From Chrysomallon squamiferum (taxonomy: Eukaryota > Animalia > Mollusca), in contig CM022671.1 in assembly GCA_012295275.1 (NCBI GenBank), positions 2,480,001 to 2,544,000 of the forward strand: 64,000 nucleotides of DNA, written 5' to 3'. A program made the translations under genes and the position numbers. The notes beneath the pieces were generated by a model that made no database searches, was not told where the DNA came from, and worked only from the letters and a program-made list of their open reading frames with translations. This document shows, piece after piece, positions 1 to 11,400 of the stretch (the first letter of the stretch is position 1; every line of letters starts with the position of its first letter).

Positions 1-190
1 ATTGCTGTTTACATCTTTCATATTTTCAATATCAGTTTGAACATTAAGAATCTGATTTGGAAACACTTCTGGCTTCTATCCTTTGATTTCTATCATTGGG
101 AAAATAAATGTAAAATATCCAGTACATATCTGTAGAAAATAAGATAAGAAAACAAAACAAACATTTAAAACAGTTAAAACAAAGCAAATG

Positions 191-298
191 GAGAGAGAGA
201 GGAGAGAGAGAGAGAGAGAGAGTGTGTGTGTGGGGGTGTGTGGGTGTGTGTGTGTGTGTGGGTGAGAGAGAGGGAAAGGGAGAGTGAGTGAGTGAGTT
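191..298. repeat. Compound (GA)n/(GT)n/(GTGA)n microsatellite
   Basis: Seen directly. Confidence 0.9.
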
Positions 299-1165
299 AA
301 TGTTGTTTTATTTTATGGAGTCTCAGACTTCTTGGACTATGAATTTAGGCCACAGGACAAATCAACATTTTTACTCCTATATGAAATTAGCAGAAATCAT
401 AAATTAATAGGTCTTTTTTACAGAAATACTTCAAATATCAGTTTCTTAATATTCAATATCTAAATAGTTATTTCACTTAGACCATGAATTTACAAAATAG
501 CCAGAAATTATGTTTGGCCAAACGGAACTGCAGTCATTTAAAATATTTTTATTGTAAATATATTTCTGTGTGGCACTTTATTAATATTCATTGTAGTTCC
601 ATTAGTTATTAAATAAATTATTTCTGCTGTTTTATAATTATTTATTATTAATTCATTAACCTACAAGTGAAAATGGCAGAATAAAAAGAAATATAACAAT
701 ATATTCTAAATTACACTTTGACATAATATTATTAGCATGGATGCTTGTGATTTAAAGTAAATAAATAGTATACTCCTGGCGTAACCCATTTTGAGATAGT
801 TCTAAAATTTACAATAAGATCACCTTGTGAAAAGACTAGAAAGTTTTTGATCACATCTGCTCTTGGTCTTTTAAAAAGTATTTTGTTATTTATTTTGTTT
901 GTAAAAAAATAAATAATATATTTGTGGTTTTTTTTTTAAATAAAATTTCCTGTGTTTTATCATTTCAGTAAATACAGTATTTTATAGTGATCTTTTACAT
1001 CTATGAAAAGCACTACAATATCTTAATAATTGCATATCATAAAGTAGACAGAGTTTAGTGTTCTACATTTAAGCAAATTTCAACTATAATATTACAGGAG
1101 TATTTTATAGAAACATTGCCATATGGACGTCTCGCAAAGGAATCAGTGTTTTTTTTATTCTACAG

Positions 1166-1754
1166 GAAGATGAAGATTTGCCTCAGGCAAATGGCAGTGA
1201 AGAAAAGATGTCAGTAACAGAAGAAACATCACAATCAGAAAGTGAGTAAAATGTCACAGTGAGAGAAAGAAAGTTTGTTTAATAATCCTAAAATCATCAT
1301 TCATTTTATCAACAATTAAAGTAAATATTTTTGTTTTTGACAAATATTTGAATTTGTATCTCTGACCTAACTCGTGTAAAGATGGTTGTATTCAGGATGG
1401 CCCCAAATTTGCTTTAACTAAGTTTATTTCAAATAAATAGAGTGTATAGAAAATTATAAAAATACAAGAATTTAAAAACCTTGAACTATGAAAGCTGACA
1501 GATATCTGTGTTTGAGCTGAAAAATGTATTTATAAAACAGTATTACAGTAATGTGACTTTTGGGTTACTCTGTGTAACAGACATTAACATAAATATATTT
1601 TATTTATTTATTGTAATTAAGGAAATTAATGTAAAACATTTTATTTGATAAGCTCCAGTGTAAATTTGACAAGTAAAGCTGTATGATTTTTACAGATGGT
1701 TTTGAAATGGAAGACGATGGATGGCAGGTTGTAAAGAGAGGCAAGAAAAGATAA
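1166..1754 (+). CDS. TSR2: 3' end (last two coding exons) of a pre-rRNA processing protein TSR2 homolog; gene begins upstream of the window
   Basis: Exons 1166-1241 and 1696-1754 have GT-AG boundaries and join in frame to EDEDLPQANGSEEKMSVTEETSQSENGFEMEDDGWQVVKRGKKR*. An acidic tail ending in DGW-x-x-V-basic is typical of TSR2 C-termini. Only the tail is visible. Confidence 0.65.
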
Positions 1755-4543
1755 TGAATTTTAATGAGTCATTCAGGTTTGATGCAGATCATTCAAAATG
1801 TTTCCAACTTGCAGGCTTACATTGACAAAATTTTACAAGGAGGCCCTGACATTTCAAAACTTTTTTAACAATTCTAGAGTATTAACTATTTATTCTTATT
1901 AAGGTGGACAAACAACAGCTTAAAAAATATATTATTTATTAACAGATATAAGAAAAATTAAAATACCATTCATTTTCTGAAATCATATAGCTAGGATTTT
2001 ATCTGTAGGAGGAAGTCAGTAATGCTTTGTTTTTATTTATTTATTTATTAGTTGTTCATAAAAATGTGATCAGAAAAACTGGAGAAATTATTGTAACAAT
2101 AACTCTACACATTTTAATATTAAAACTTGTAATAACAAATATGTGATTTTTGTTAAGAAAACTGTAGAAACTACTCTGTGGGTTAATTTCATCAATTAGC
2201 AGCAATATATCATGTTTCATTATATCTGTATACCTCCCTTCCTACGTACACAAAAGTACACTGACTGGAATAGGAAAAAACATGAAGATTGCTTTAAGAA
2301 TGATTGATCCTGAAACTTGCCACACTTAAAACAAACACTTTCTGATTAAACCACAAACTGTTTCATAAAACGATTAATTTCAACTATTGGATAACTTTTG
2401 AAATACTTTTATTGCACTGAAATTGGGACAGGCTAAATGCATAAGTACAAAGCTATGAATAAAACATGCATAATTAAGAAAAACACTAATTTTTTAAAGC
2501 AGATTTCACTACATTTTTATGTCATGCACTAGAATTCACATCTCCGATTTAAACATCAATCTACTACTGCATGTTTTTTCTCATTTATCAGTATATAGCT
2601 ATGTTTTATACATTTTTAAATGTCAGATGTTTATATATATTTTATGTACATGAGGAAATTATTTTTATTATACAAGTTCTTTATTAGTTTTTAATGTCAT
2701 GGTTAAGAGTAACTTTTATCAGTGTTATGTATAACAACACAACCAAGCTGCACCTAATATATACACACTACCACACAGCATGCATATATATAGTCCTAAA
2801 AACACAAAATTAAATAAATAAGTCTATTATATTGTTAAACAACACAAAAAAACCATATTTATGTTATGCTTAAGAACACATCTATTTTATATAAAAATAC
2901 ATTACTATATGTTTTATATTGTGCATAACAACACAATTAATTTATACATTAATAAAAGTTTTATATTAGGTGTAAGAATTAATATAAACCAAACGTAAGT
3001 AAGATTAACTATCATGATTAAAATGATTATTTTAAGTAATGAAAATATTTATCCCATTTCAAGCAAATTTATAAAATCTTGTTTTGACATTATCATTCAG
3101 TACAAAAACTTGAATAAACAGTCTCATAAACACTATAACCAGCATAAATGACTAGAAATTAATAATGTGGAAATCAAAATATTTTTACCCAAAACGAATC
3201 TCTGGTATATATTTAAATAACTTATAATCTTTTTACGTTTTTATTTGATACAGTTAAAAATGATATGCTTATGTTGTAAAGTTTTGCAGTGCACATAAAA
3301 AAGTTAAGTATGTTTTGGGGATAAATCTGCAGACTGAGAGAACTAAAACTATCATGTTATTTACTGCTATTTATTCTTACGTATATAGGTATGCTTGTAT
3401 TTAAATACAACAAAGCTACTTTGTCTTGTAAGGCAAGTACACTTAGTTTGTCAAAAAGACATTAACATCTTTCTTTTTTTTGTTCAAATTCTACATTCCA
3501 TGCACATAATTCCACATTTATTTTCAAAATATTGTCAGTATTATTAAAATATTTCACCATTGTAAAAATGGTGAATAAATTTTTTTGGAACAATTTGGAC
3601 CCTGTAGTAATTAGTATAAACTGCTTTAATGTGCATCAAAACGAGACAGGACAGAATTTTATTTTAAAGTAAAATATAAAAACAGCTGAATAATTGGACC
3701 AGCATTAGTAATAACATAAATAAAATAACAATATATCTTAAATATTTTAGATCTTCAATTTGGAGTTCAAAATTTAAAATAAATATAATGACACGCTGAA
3801 GACTTTGAGTGATGACCTTCAATGTTTTCAAGTCAGAAAAAAAAATTGTTTGCATAGTAGTACTTGTAGCAGCACTGGACTAATATACAATAATATTTGG
3901 CAGTTATTATCTTGATGAACTCATTTTATATTTTGATTTTCTGGTAACCAGAAATTACAGATAATCAAAAATAGAAGAATTTTGTACATATGATAGAGAC
4001 ATTTGTCTTAATCTACCCTTTGATATTAGTACAAAAAAATGACTAGTAGTAAAGAATTGCTAGATTTTGTGGTTTGTCAAGACATTTGTATTTGGAACAA
4101 TAAAAGTAAATCACTTTCAAAGTGATAAAATATTGTTCTGATTTTGTGTTTGAATTAGTGACAAATAGATAAATTATTAAGTACTGTGTGTGAATTTGTT
4201 AATAAGGAAATTGTGTTACCAAAGATCCTGTTAAAACCAAAAATATCTGAAGTTGAGCTCAGGGAGAAAAATAAAGCAAGCATATTTTATAAAAATCTAG
4301 CAAGGATTCACAGTGTTATTCTGAACACTTGTGTAAAAGACATTAATAATTAATGAAGATATATTACTTCATATTTTTTCCCAACACTCCACTTTAGTTT
4401 CAGTCCTGAAAAATAATAAACAATTCAAAAATCTGCAGAAAACTCTCATCCCTGAACAAGTCTTTGGGTTTGGATGTAAACTTGTTTACAAATAAAATCT
4501 GTATAATAAATCCACTGGGTGTAAACATGTTTACAACTGGACT

Positions 4544-7093
4544 CTAAGACCCAGCTTCCTGCTCCTGGCCAAGACCTTCAAGAATCATTCCCATTGGTGT
4601 TCGCTTGAGTCCAACAAACTCCATTTTGTTTGTAATTTTGTTCTTCATGCTTCTCATTCTCAGGGATGCATGAAGCAAGATTACTGAAAGTTAAAAAATA
4701 AATTCAGCATGAACAGGATACATAAATTTATACTTAGTTCAATATCTCTTTTTCAGATATCAGGTTTGATCTTTAATTGGATAATTCTCATCTAACATTC
4801 AGAAGCTAAATTAAGTTACATCATCATTAAAGCATACTTGGGATGCATAAAAACAGTTCAACAAATCTTCCTTTAACATTGTCTGTGTTGAGTGTTATTA
4901 ATAATATGTAGCATTTCCAAAAACCATAAAAAATAAAAAATAATAAAAGATACAAAAGCCATATAATCATATTATAACTAGATGTGTTTTTTTATTTTTT
5001 TAAATCAGATTTCAATTACAATTCATTTATTTCCCAAGACTGGTTTTTTCCAAAGCCATTATATGTGATTCCTTATCTCTTTAATTTTGCGTGTTTATTT
5101 AAGCTGTTAGCTGCTGAGTCTACATTTATAAAGACCTATATCTAACTTCAGTGATCAAAAAAATATATATTTAACTAAAAAAAAGTTTTACAGAAATATC
5201 TATTAGACTTATGAGTGCTGTCTTTAAAAAGATATGAAACATACCAATTTATATTATGATTAATAGTCACAGTGAAAAATGCAGCACTCTGAGTATGCTC
5301 AAAAAATAGTTTGAATAAATAAATAATGAAAGTAACAGCTGGCATTATGGATTTAGTGACAGCAAAATAAAAACAAGCACTAACCAGCACACTATTAAGA
5401 AAACAATTTGGATATTTTATTTAATTACTAAAATAAATATATTTTGTATGGGAAAGCCAAATTTGCTTTATACTTTTTGTTTGTTTATTCATCAGATGAA
5501 TAAATGAACTTGTTGGTGGCACCTCAATGAATTATATTATTAATAATTATTATTATATCACAGAAGTGTGGGTTCCTTTTTATAATGAGTAGCAAATTAT
5601 ATTTCATAATCATATATGCATATTCCTCTGACATCAGTAATATGCATATCACTGCTTTTGATAAACTGCCTATGTAATAATGACTACAGTGATAAATAAC
5701 CTAATGGACACATATGGGAGGACTGATCTTGAATGTGTTTATTAATCATTTGGCTACACTTTACCCAAATTGACTATTTTAATATCTATGTTGAACATCA
5801 CAGTATTTTATATCAACCCAATCACAAAGATAATAATTTAAACTGTTGCTTATATTGTTCAACATATGTATGGTTACTGCAAAATTAAAAGTAAATAAAT
5901 ACTCACAAAGCAGAGGGAAAGCAATGCCAAACAAAAACACAATCACTGCTCCAAGCATGTACACCAGCAGGTAGCCAGCTGCCATGATTATAATCATACT
6001 GACAAAAGGATGGTCATGTTTGAACTGACGAGCTTTCCACTGATTGTTTGTCCCATACACATACCCAGCAAAAGCCACAGACAGTGCTGTGAAGCCAAAC
6101 ACCATTTTCACTGGATGAATAATTCTGTAAAATAAATAGAACTTTCTAAAATCACCCCAACTTGTTTTCATATCCATTTGATCATAATTCTGTAAAATAA
6201 ATAAGATTTTCTAAAATCACTTAAACTTGTTTACGTATCCATTTAATCATAATGCTGCAATATAAATAACATTTGCTATAATCACAACATAATTTCATGT
6301 CCATTTAATGTCACTTTATGAAAGTGGTTTCAGTACAGACTTACAATGTGATATATCATAACGATTTGTAGGATCTATCATTTACTGTACCAATTTTTTT
6401 TATTATGCCCTTAGACTCTTAATCATGGATCAGTAATTTCAATCTCTCTACAAACTTATTAGTGAATAAAGATGTTTCCTTAACATATCTAATTATCTAC
6501 CAGTTAAATAAGGTAAACCATAAAGGTGTCATTTTTTTCATCAGTTATTAAAGGTCTTTAGATATAATTATTTAAATACTAGTAATTAATTCATAAAAGG
6601 TGCTAGAAACAAGTATAATTATATGGTTTTGGGGAGTTTTTAAAATTGTTTTTAATTTTATTATTTTTTAATGAAAACATTTCTTCACAGAAATTGAAGT
6701 CAGCATTAATACTATCAACTGCACGATTTGTATACTTACAACTATAAATAATTAATTAAAGTGCTTTTAAGGCAAATGCATTGTTGTTATTCCCAAACTC
6801 GGTATAAGTCTAAAATGCAAAATTCATCAACTTGACTTTAACAGTGTTACTAACAGTAACACTAAAAGACTTAGACTTGCATAGTAAATAAAAGAACCTC
6901 ACCCAATGATTAAGAAAATAATTAATGCCGTCAAAAAATAATTTGTCTGATAATAAAGTAAATTGTTCAGAACTCTATTTGTCCATTTATCTGCATCTTT
7001 GAGATTTGGAATCTGAAACCTAGCAGATTCTAAAAGGAAATCGCCAAGAGATCGTAGAGGTGCCAGCTGTACCGAGTCTCCCATGTTGTCCAT
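4544..7093 (-). CDS. ARL6IP5: PRA1 family protein (single ortholog of vertebrate PRAF2/ARL6IP5), 182 aa, 3 exons
   Basis: Exons 7093-6903, 6124-5907 and 4683-4544 splice in frame (549 nt). Motifs APLRSLGDF, NRVLNNLLYYQTNY, LLHASLRMR and KRTPMG are present; the C-terminus LGQEQEAGS matches the PRAF2-type ending. Confidence 0.93.
6121..6305. repeat. 65-bp tandem repeat (about 2.8 copies) containing the exon 2 splice acceptor of the PRA1-family gene
   Basis: Units start at 6121, 6186 and 6251 (aattctgtaaaataaata...tccatttratcat). Confidence 0.85.
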
Positions 7094-7920
7094 TTCGTAA
7101 CTTCGGTATCAATCGTGTTTACTCGATATGTTCCGGCACCGGTGAATGTATGGGTATGTTTGAATGTGAACAGCTTGGATTATGTTTCACTATATTAAAT
7201 GTGCAAACAATAAAATTTTCACGTCAAAACACAAAATATATATTTTGCTGCCTATAGTTGTATAAAATTACAATTATCTCTCGAAAACAAAAATGTGTAT
7301 AAACTGTGAAATAAACTTAATCAGTATCGTAGAAAGTATTTTCGGAATATAACCTCTCACTTCTCAGTTATTTAATTATATTTTATCACTTATGGGACCA
7401 ACACTAGAAAATCACACATTAATATAATTATTTAATTACCAATGATCTAGTTTAAAATACACATAAACATCATCTTAATCTGAATGTTTAGTAAATAATT
7501 TTTTATATAATAATACACTAATCTGGTAGATATGTAATCTACAAAGTCAACAATTTTGCGTACTTTTGTCATGCAATCGAATGTAACTATCGACTTGTAT
7601 CTCTGTCCTATGTTATTTGCTACAGAGTTGATGCGTAACAAATTGAAAGGAATTTGATGGAATAGAATGAGAATGTTAATTCTGTAGGATAATGTACAAG
7701 AAATATATACATAACTTAAATGCTTATTGATTGTTCGTCCGTCTAACGTTTATTCATTCCACTTACTGAATGTATATTTACATAAATTGATTATAGTTAT
7801 CTGACATTTGTTAGTAGGTTTGCCATAACAGTGGTAAATCGGTAGTTTCGCTAATTAACGTTTTGTCACTTTGTGAGTTTTCCACTGTTTTGTCATTGCC
7901 GGCTTATCGACTTACGTGAT
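7094..7920. promoter_or_regulatory. Probable bidirectional promoter between the PRA1-family gene and UBA3
   Basis: Divergent gene pair with local CpG clusters (about 7040-7140 and 7835-7920) in otherwise CpG-poor DNA. A candidate non-coding UBA3 first exon ends at donor GTGAGT 7873. Confidence 0.55.
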
Positions 7921-8456
7921 AAATCATTTCAAATTAACTGTATTTATATATTAATATGTCTTTACTTATTACTTTAAATAATAATATTTGTAATTTTTAA
8001 AATGATATATAAAATAAATTATAACATTACTGTGTGATGCTATTTGAGATTTAAAGTCTCTTCACCAAAAAATTGAAATAAATTATTTATAATTTATAAG
8101 TTGACTGTTCTTTAGACCAGAAGTTTATTTTTCATAATAATGATAATTTTTAAAATATATTTATTTATCATTAACTTAAGATGCTGTTACTAATAAATAC
8201 TATCAAGGGATGAAAGGAACATTATAGAAATTCAAATTGATAGTGAAAAGCTATAACGTATAATAGTTAATGGTTGATTAAACAGATTTATTCCTTGATG
8301 GTAGATTTATCATGATAATTCCCATTTTAAAATTATATATATATATATGTAGAAGATCTCTCACATACACACAAACAGAACCAAAAAAATGAAAATGACA
8401 TTTTATTAAAGCTGTATAAATCCTTTATTATAGTATTACATAGACAGTCTTGTGAA

Positions 8457-11400
8457 ATGGATTGTGACTGGCCAGGTCGATGGAATCACATCAAAAAATT
8501 TCTTGAACGAGGAGGACCTTTTGCACATCCCGATTTTGAACCAAGTCCTGAGGTAGAACATCCTTTATGTATTTGTTTATATTTGTAGTAGCAAAAGATG
8601 CTCATTCTTGAAGTAATTGTTGTATTTACATATTTTAAGCATTCTTGAAGCAGACTATATTATTTATAAATTTTGCATTTTATATATGGAACAGATAATA
8701 GGATATATTAATTTGTAAATATGAATATAAAACACTTCCTGTCTGAATCTGTTTCTGAACTGACTTAAATAATTTTATTGTCATTGTGATAATCAGAATG
8801 AACATTTTATGTATTTAATATGTTTTTGTTAATAAATTCTTTCTGTTTTCCACAATTTGTTAATCTAAGATCGAAGTGACACAAATTATGATAAAGGCAT
8901 ATATATATATATATATATATATCTCCAAGTTTTAATTAAAATCATTACATTTTCAGACATTGAACTTTCTTCAGGATACATGCAGGATCTTGGTGATAGG
9001 AGCAGGAGGTCTAGGCTGTGACCTGCTCAAAGATCTTGTGAGTCTAATGTTGTGATGATTTAATTTAATATTTCACTATTTCCCATTCTATCAATTGATT
9101 TCACAAGCAGTTTAGTTTATAATGCTTGTGTGATTGTTTTATTTGGTATTGTTATTAATTAAACCACTGTGCTGAGGACCAGGCAGTGCTAGGTACTGAT
9201 GCTGTCAGAGCAGTGGTATTAAAATCGTTCATAATGATAGCTCTTTGGAAGACTTGCACCTCAGCGAGTACAGTGTAACTGAAAGAACATATTTTCTGAT
9301 ATTATCAACACTGAATGTATTTAGTTATTTCATTAAAATAAAAGAACTTAATTTTCTGAGATTATCAACACTGAATGTATTTAATTATTTCATGAAAGCA
9401 AAAGAAATTAAGAATAATAATCATTTTGGGTGCATTAAAATCTCATTGTCATGGCTTACATGATTCAGGCACTGATGGAGCTTAAAACCTATTATTAGAT
9501 AATCAAAATGTGATTAGATCACTGGATCACAGGCTTTTGTTTCTTTAAGGTAATATTTCAGTTTGTTTCCTACCTTTTTAGCCTCTCTTTTGTTTTATTT
9601 CATGTTCTGCCCAGAACTCTATGACTTGTTTATAAAATGACGTGATCTCTTGATTCCTACTGATTTGGAAAACACATATAAAAAAGTATCATTGATGCAA
9701 ATTTATGAGTGGTCATTTTAGTTAATGTTGATAATGGAAATAGTTAATACCATTCACATTAAGAATAGATAATATGATTTATGATGATAATTTTAAGCTG
9801 TTTTATTAAAACATGTTAACTGTTGATGTTTTCTTGTTTTTATTTATTGCAGGCACTGATAGGTTTCAGAAATATTGACATTATTGATATGGACACAATT
9901 GATGTTTCCAATCTGAACAGACAGTTCCTTTTCAGGTGATTATAAATAAAAAAAAAAAAAAAAAAAAATCATGTTTACAGTCATGTTTTCAGATTTAATT
10001 ATCATGCTGCAGATATAAATTTATCAAATAATGTTTGTAAATATAGACAGAGCAAAAGATAATTTTTCTCTCTCTATTTATAACGTCTACGGCCATTTTG
10101 GTTTTTTTAAATGTTTGCTTTTTAACCTATTAGATCATATCTGTTTTTAACAACTTCAGATCAAAAGATGTTGGTAAAGCCAAAGCACAAGTAGCAGCTG
10201 ATTTCATCAACACTAGAGTACCAGGTTGTAATGTAAATGCGTATCCTTTTTCAGACAATGATTTCTATTTTAATACTGAAGTGATGAAAAAATGCTGGTC
10301 ATTTTCCTACCTTTCTGGTTTCAAGATAATACATAATACACAGAAATATTTTTTAGAAAAGCACAACAAAATAAACCCCCAACACTTAAAAAGAACGAGG
10401 TGCAAATATTTTAATGTTACTATTAATATATTTTCATGTCTTCAAGTAAACTATATCTGTTGATTACATTATTTTCCCACCTCATTAATGTCCTAGATTG
10501 GTTACTACTTTGGTTACTAGATAATTCAGCCTAGAAGGTATCTTGTTAGTTTAGTGAATGCTTGATATTTAACATATTTTGAGGCTTTGATAGAAATTTA
10601 ATCTTTAACTTTTTATAAGGCATTTTGCTAAGATTCAGGATTATGATGAATCTTTCTACAGACGTGAGTTGATTATTTCTTTTTATTATTTTTAGCTTTA
10701 ATAGAAGTTACCAATATTATTTATTGTTTTTTTTTTTTTTTTATTCTTTTAATAATTACTGTTTATTAGTTTATTCATTCTTATTCATGTAAATATTTTA
10801 AATTTGTTAATTGCACTTTATGCATATTTGGAAAAAGAACCATAAAAGTTGTAACTAATGCAAACAGAAAAAACATTATGCATAAACATAATAAATTGAA
10901 GATTTCAGTTGATTTAATATGTATATTTAACTAATTCTCTGATACAAACTTTCTCTTTGTTTTACCTAGTGTTCTAAAATTGATGTGGTTAACAAATTAT
11001 TATTTTTATTATTTTCAGAATTTCATATAATAGTATGTGGCTTAGATTCTATTGTTGCAAGAAGATGGATAAATGGAATGTTGGTGAGATATAGTGGTTT
11101 AATTACAATAGTTGAATGTTTGATTAGATGTTATATGAGATTAAACTAGCTGCCAGTCTTATTAATATGAACTTTTTTCAGGTTAATGGACTGATGCAGA
11201 TTCTACAGTTTGTAGACAGAGTAAAATTTACATACTTATCAGTACATTCATTCATATCTGACTTTTACAGCATGTAGATACAGATTTTTTGGTTTACAGA
11301 TCAGCATGTTAAATTATAAAGATGGAGAACTAGATCAAAGCAGTATTATTCCCATGGTGGATGGTGGAACTGAGGGTTTCAAGGGAAATGCCAGAGTTAT

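Noticed and set aside
7128-7155. Micro first coding exon for UBA3 (MFRHR or MYG) in phase with acceptor 8443
   Set aside because: It is only 35-55 bp from the PRAF start codon, leaving no room for two promoters and UTRs. ATG 8457 gives an adequate N-terminus. Unresolved without transcripts.
9001-9037. UBA3 GCDLLK instead of the usual GCELLK
   Set aside because: Conservative E-to-D change; all catalytic motifs are intact.
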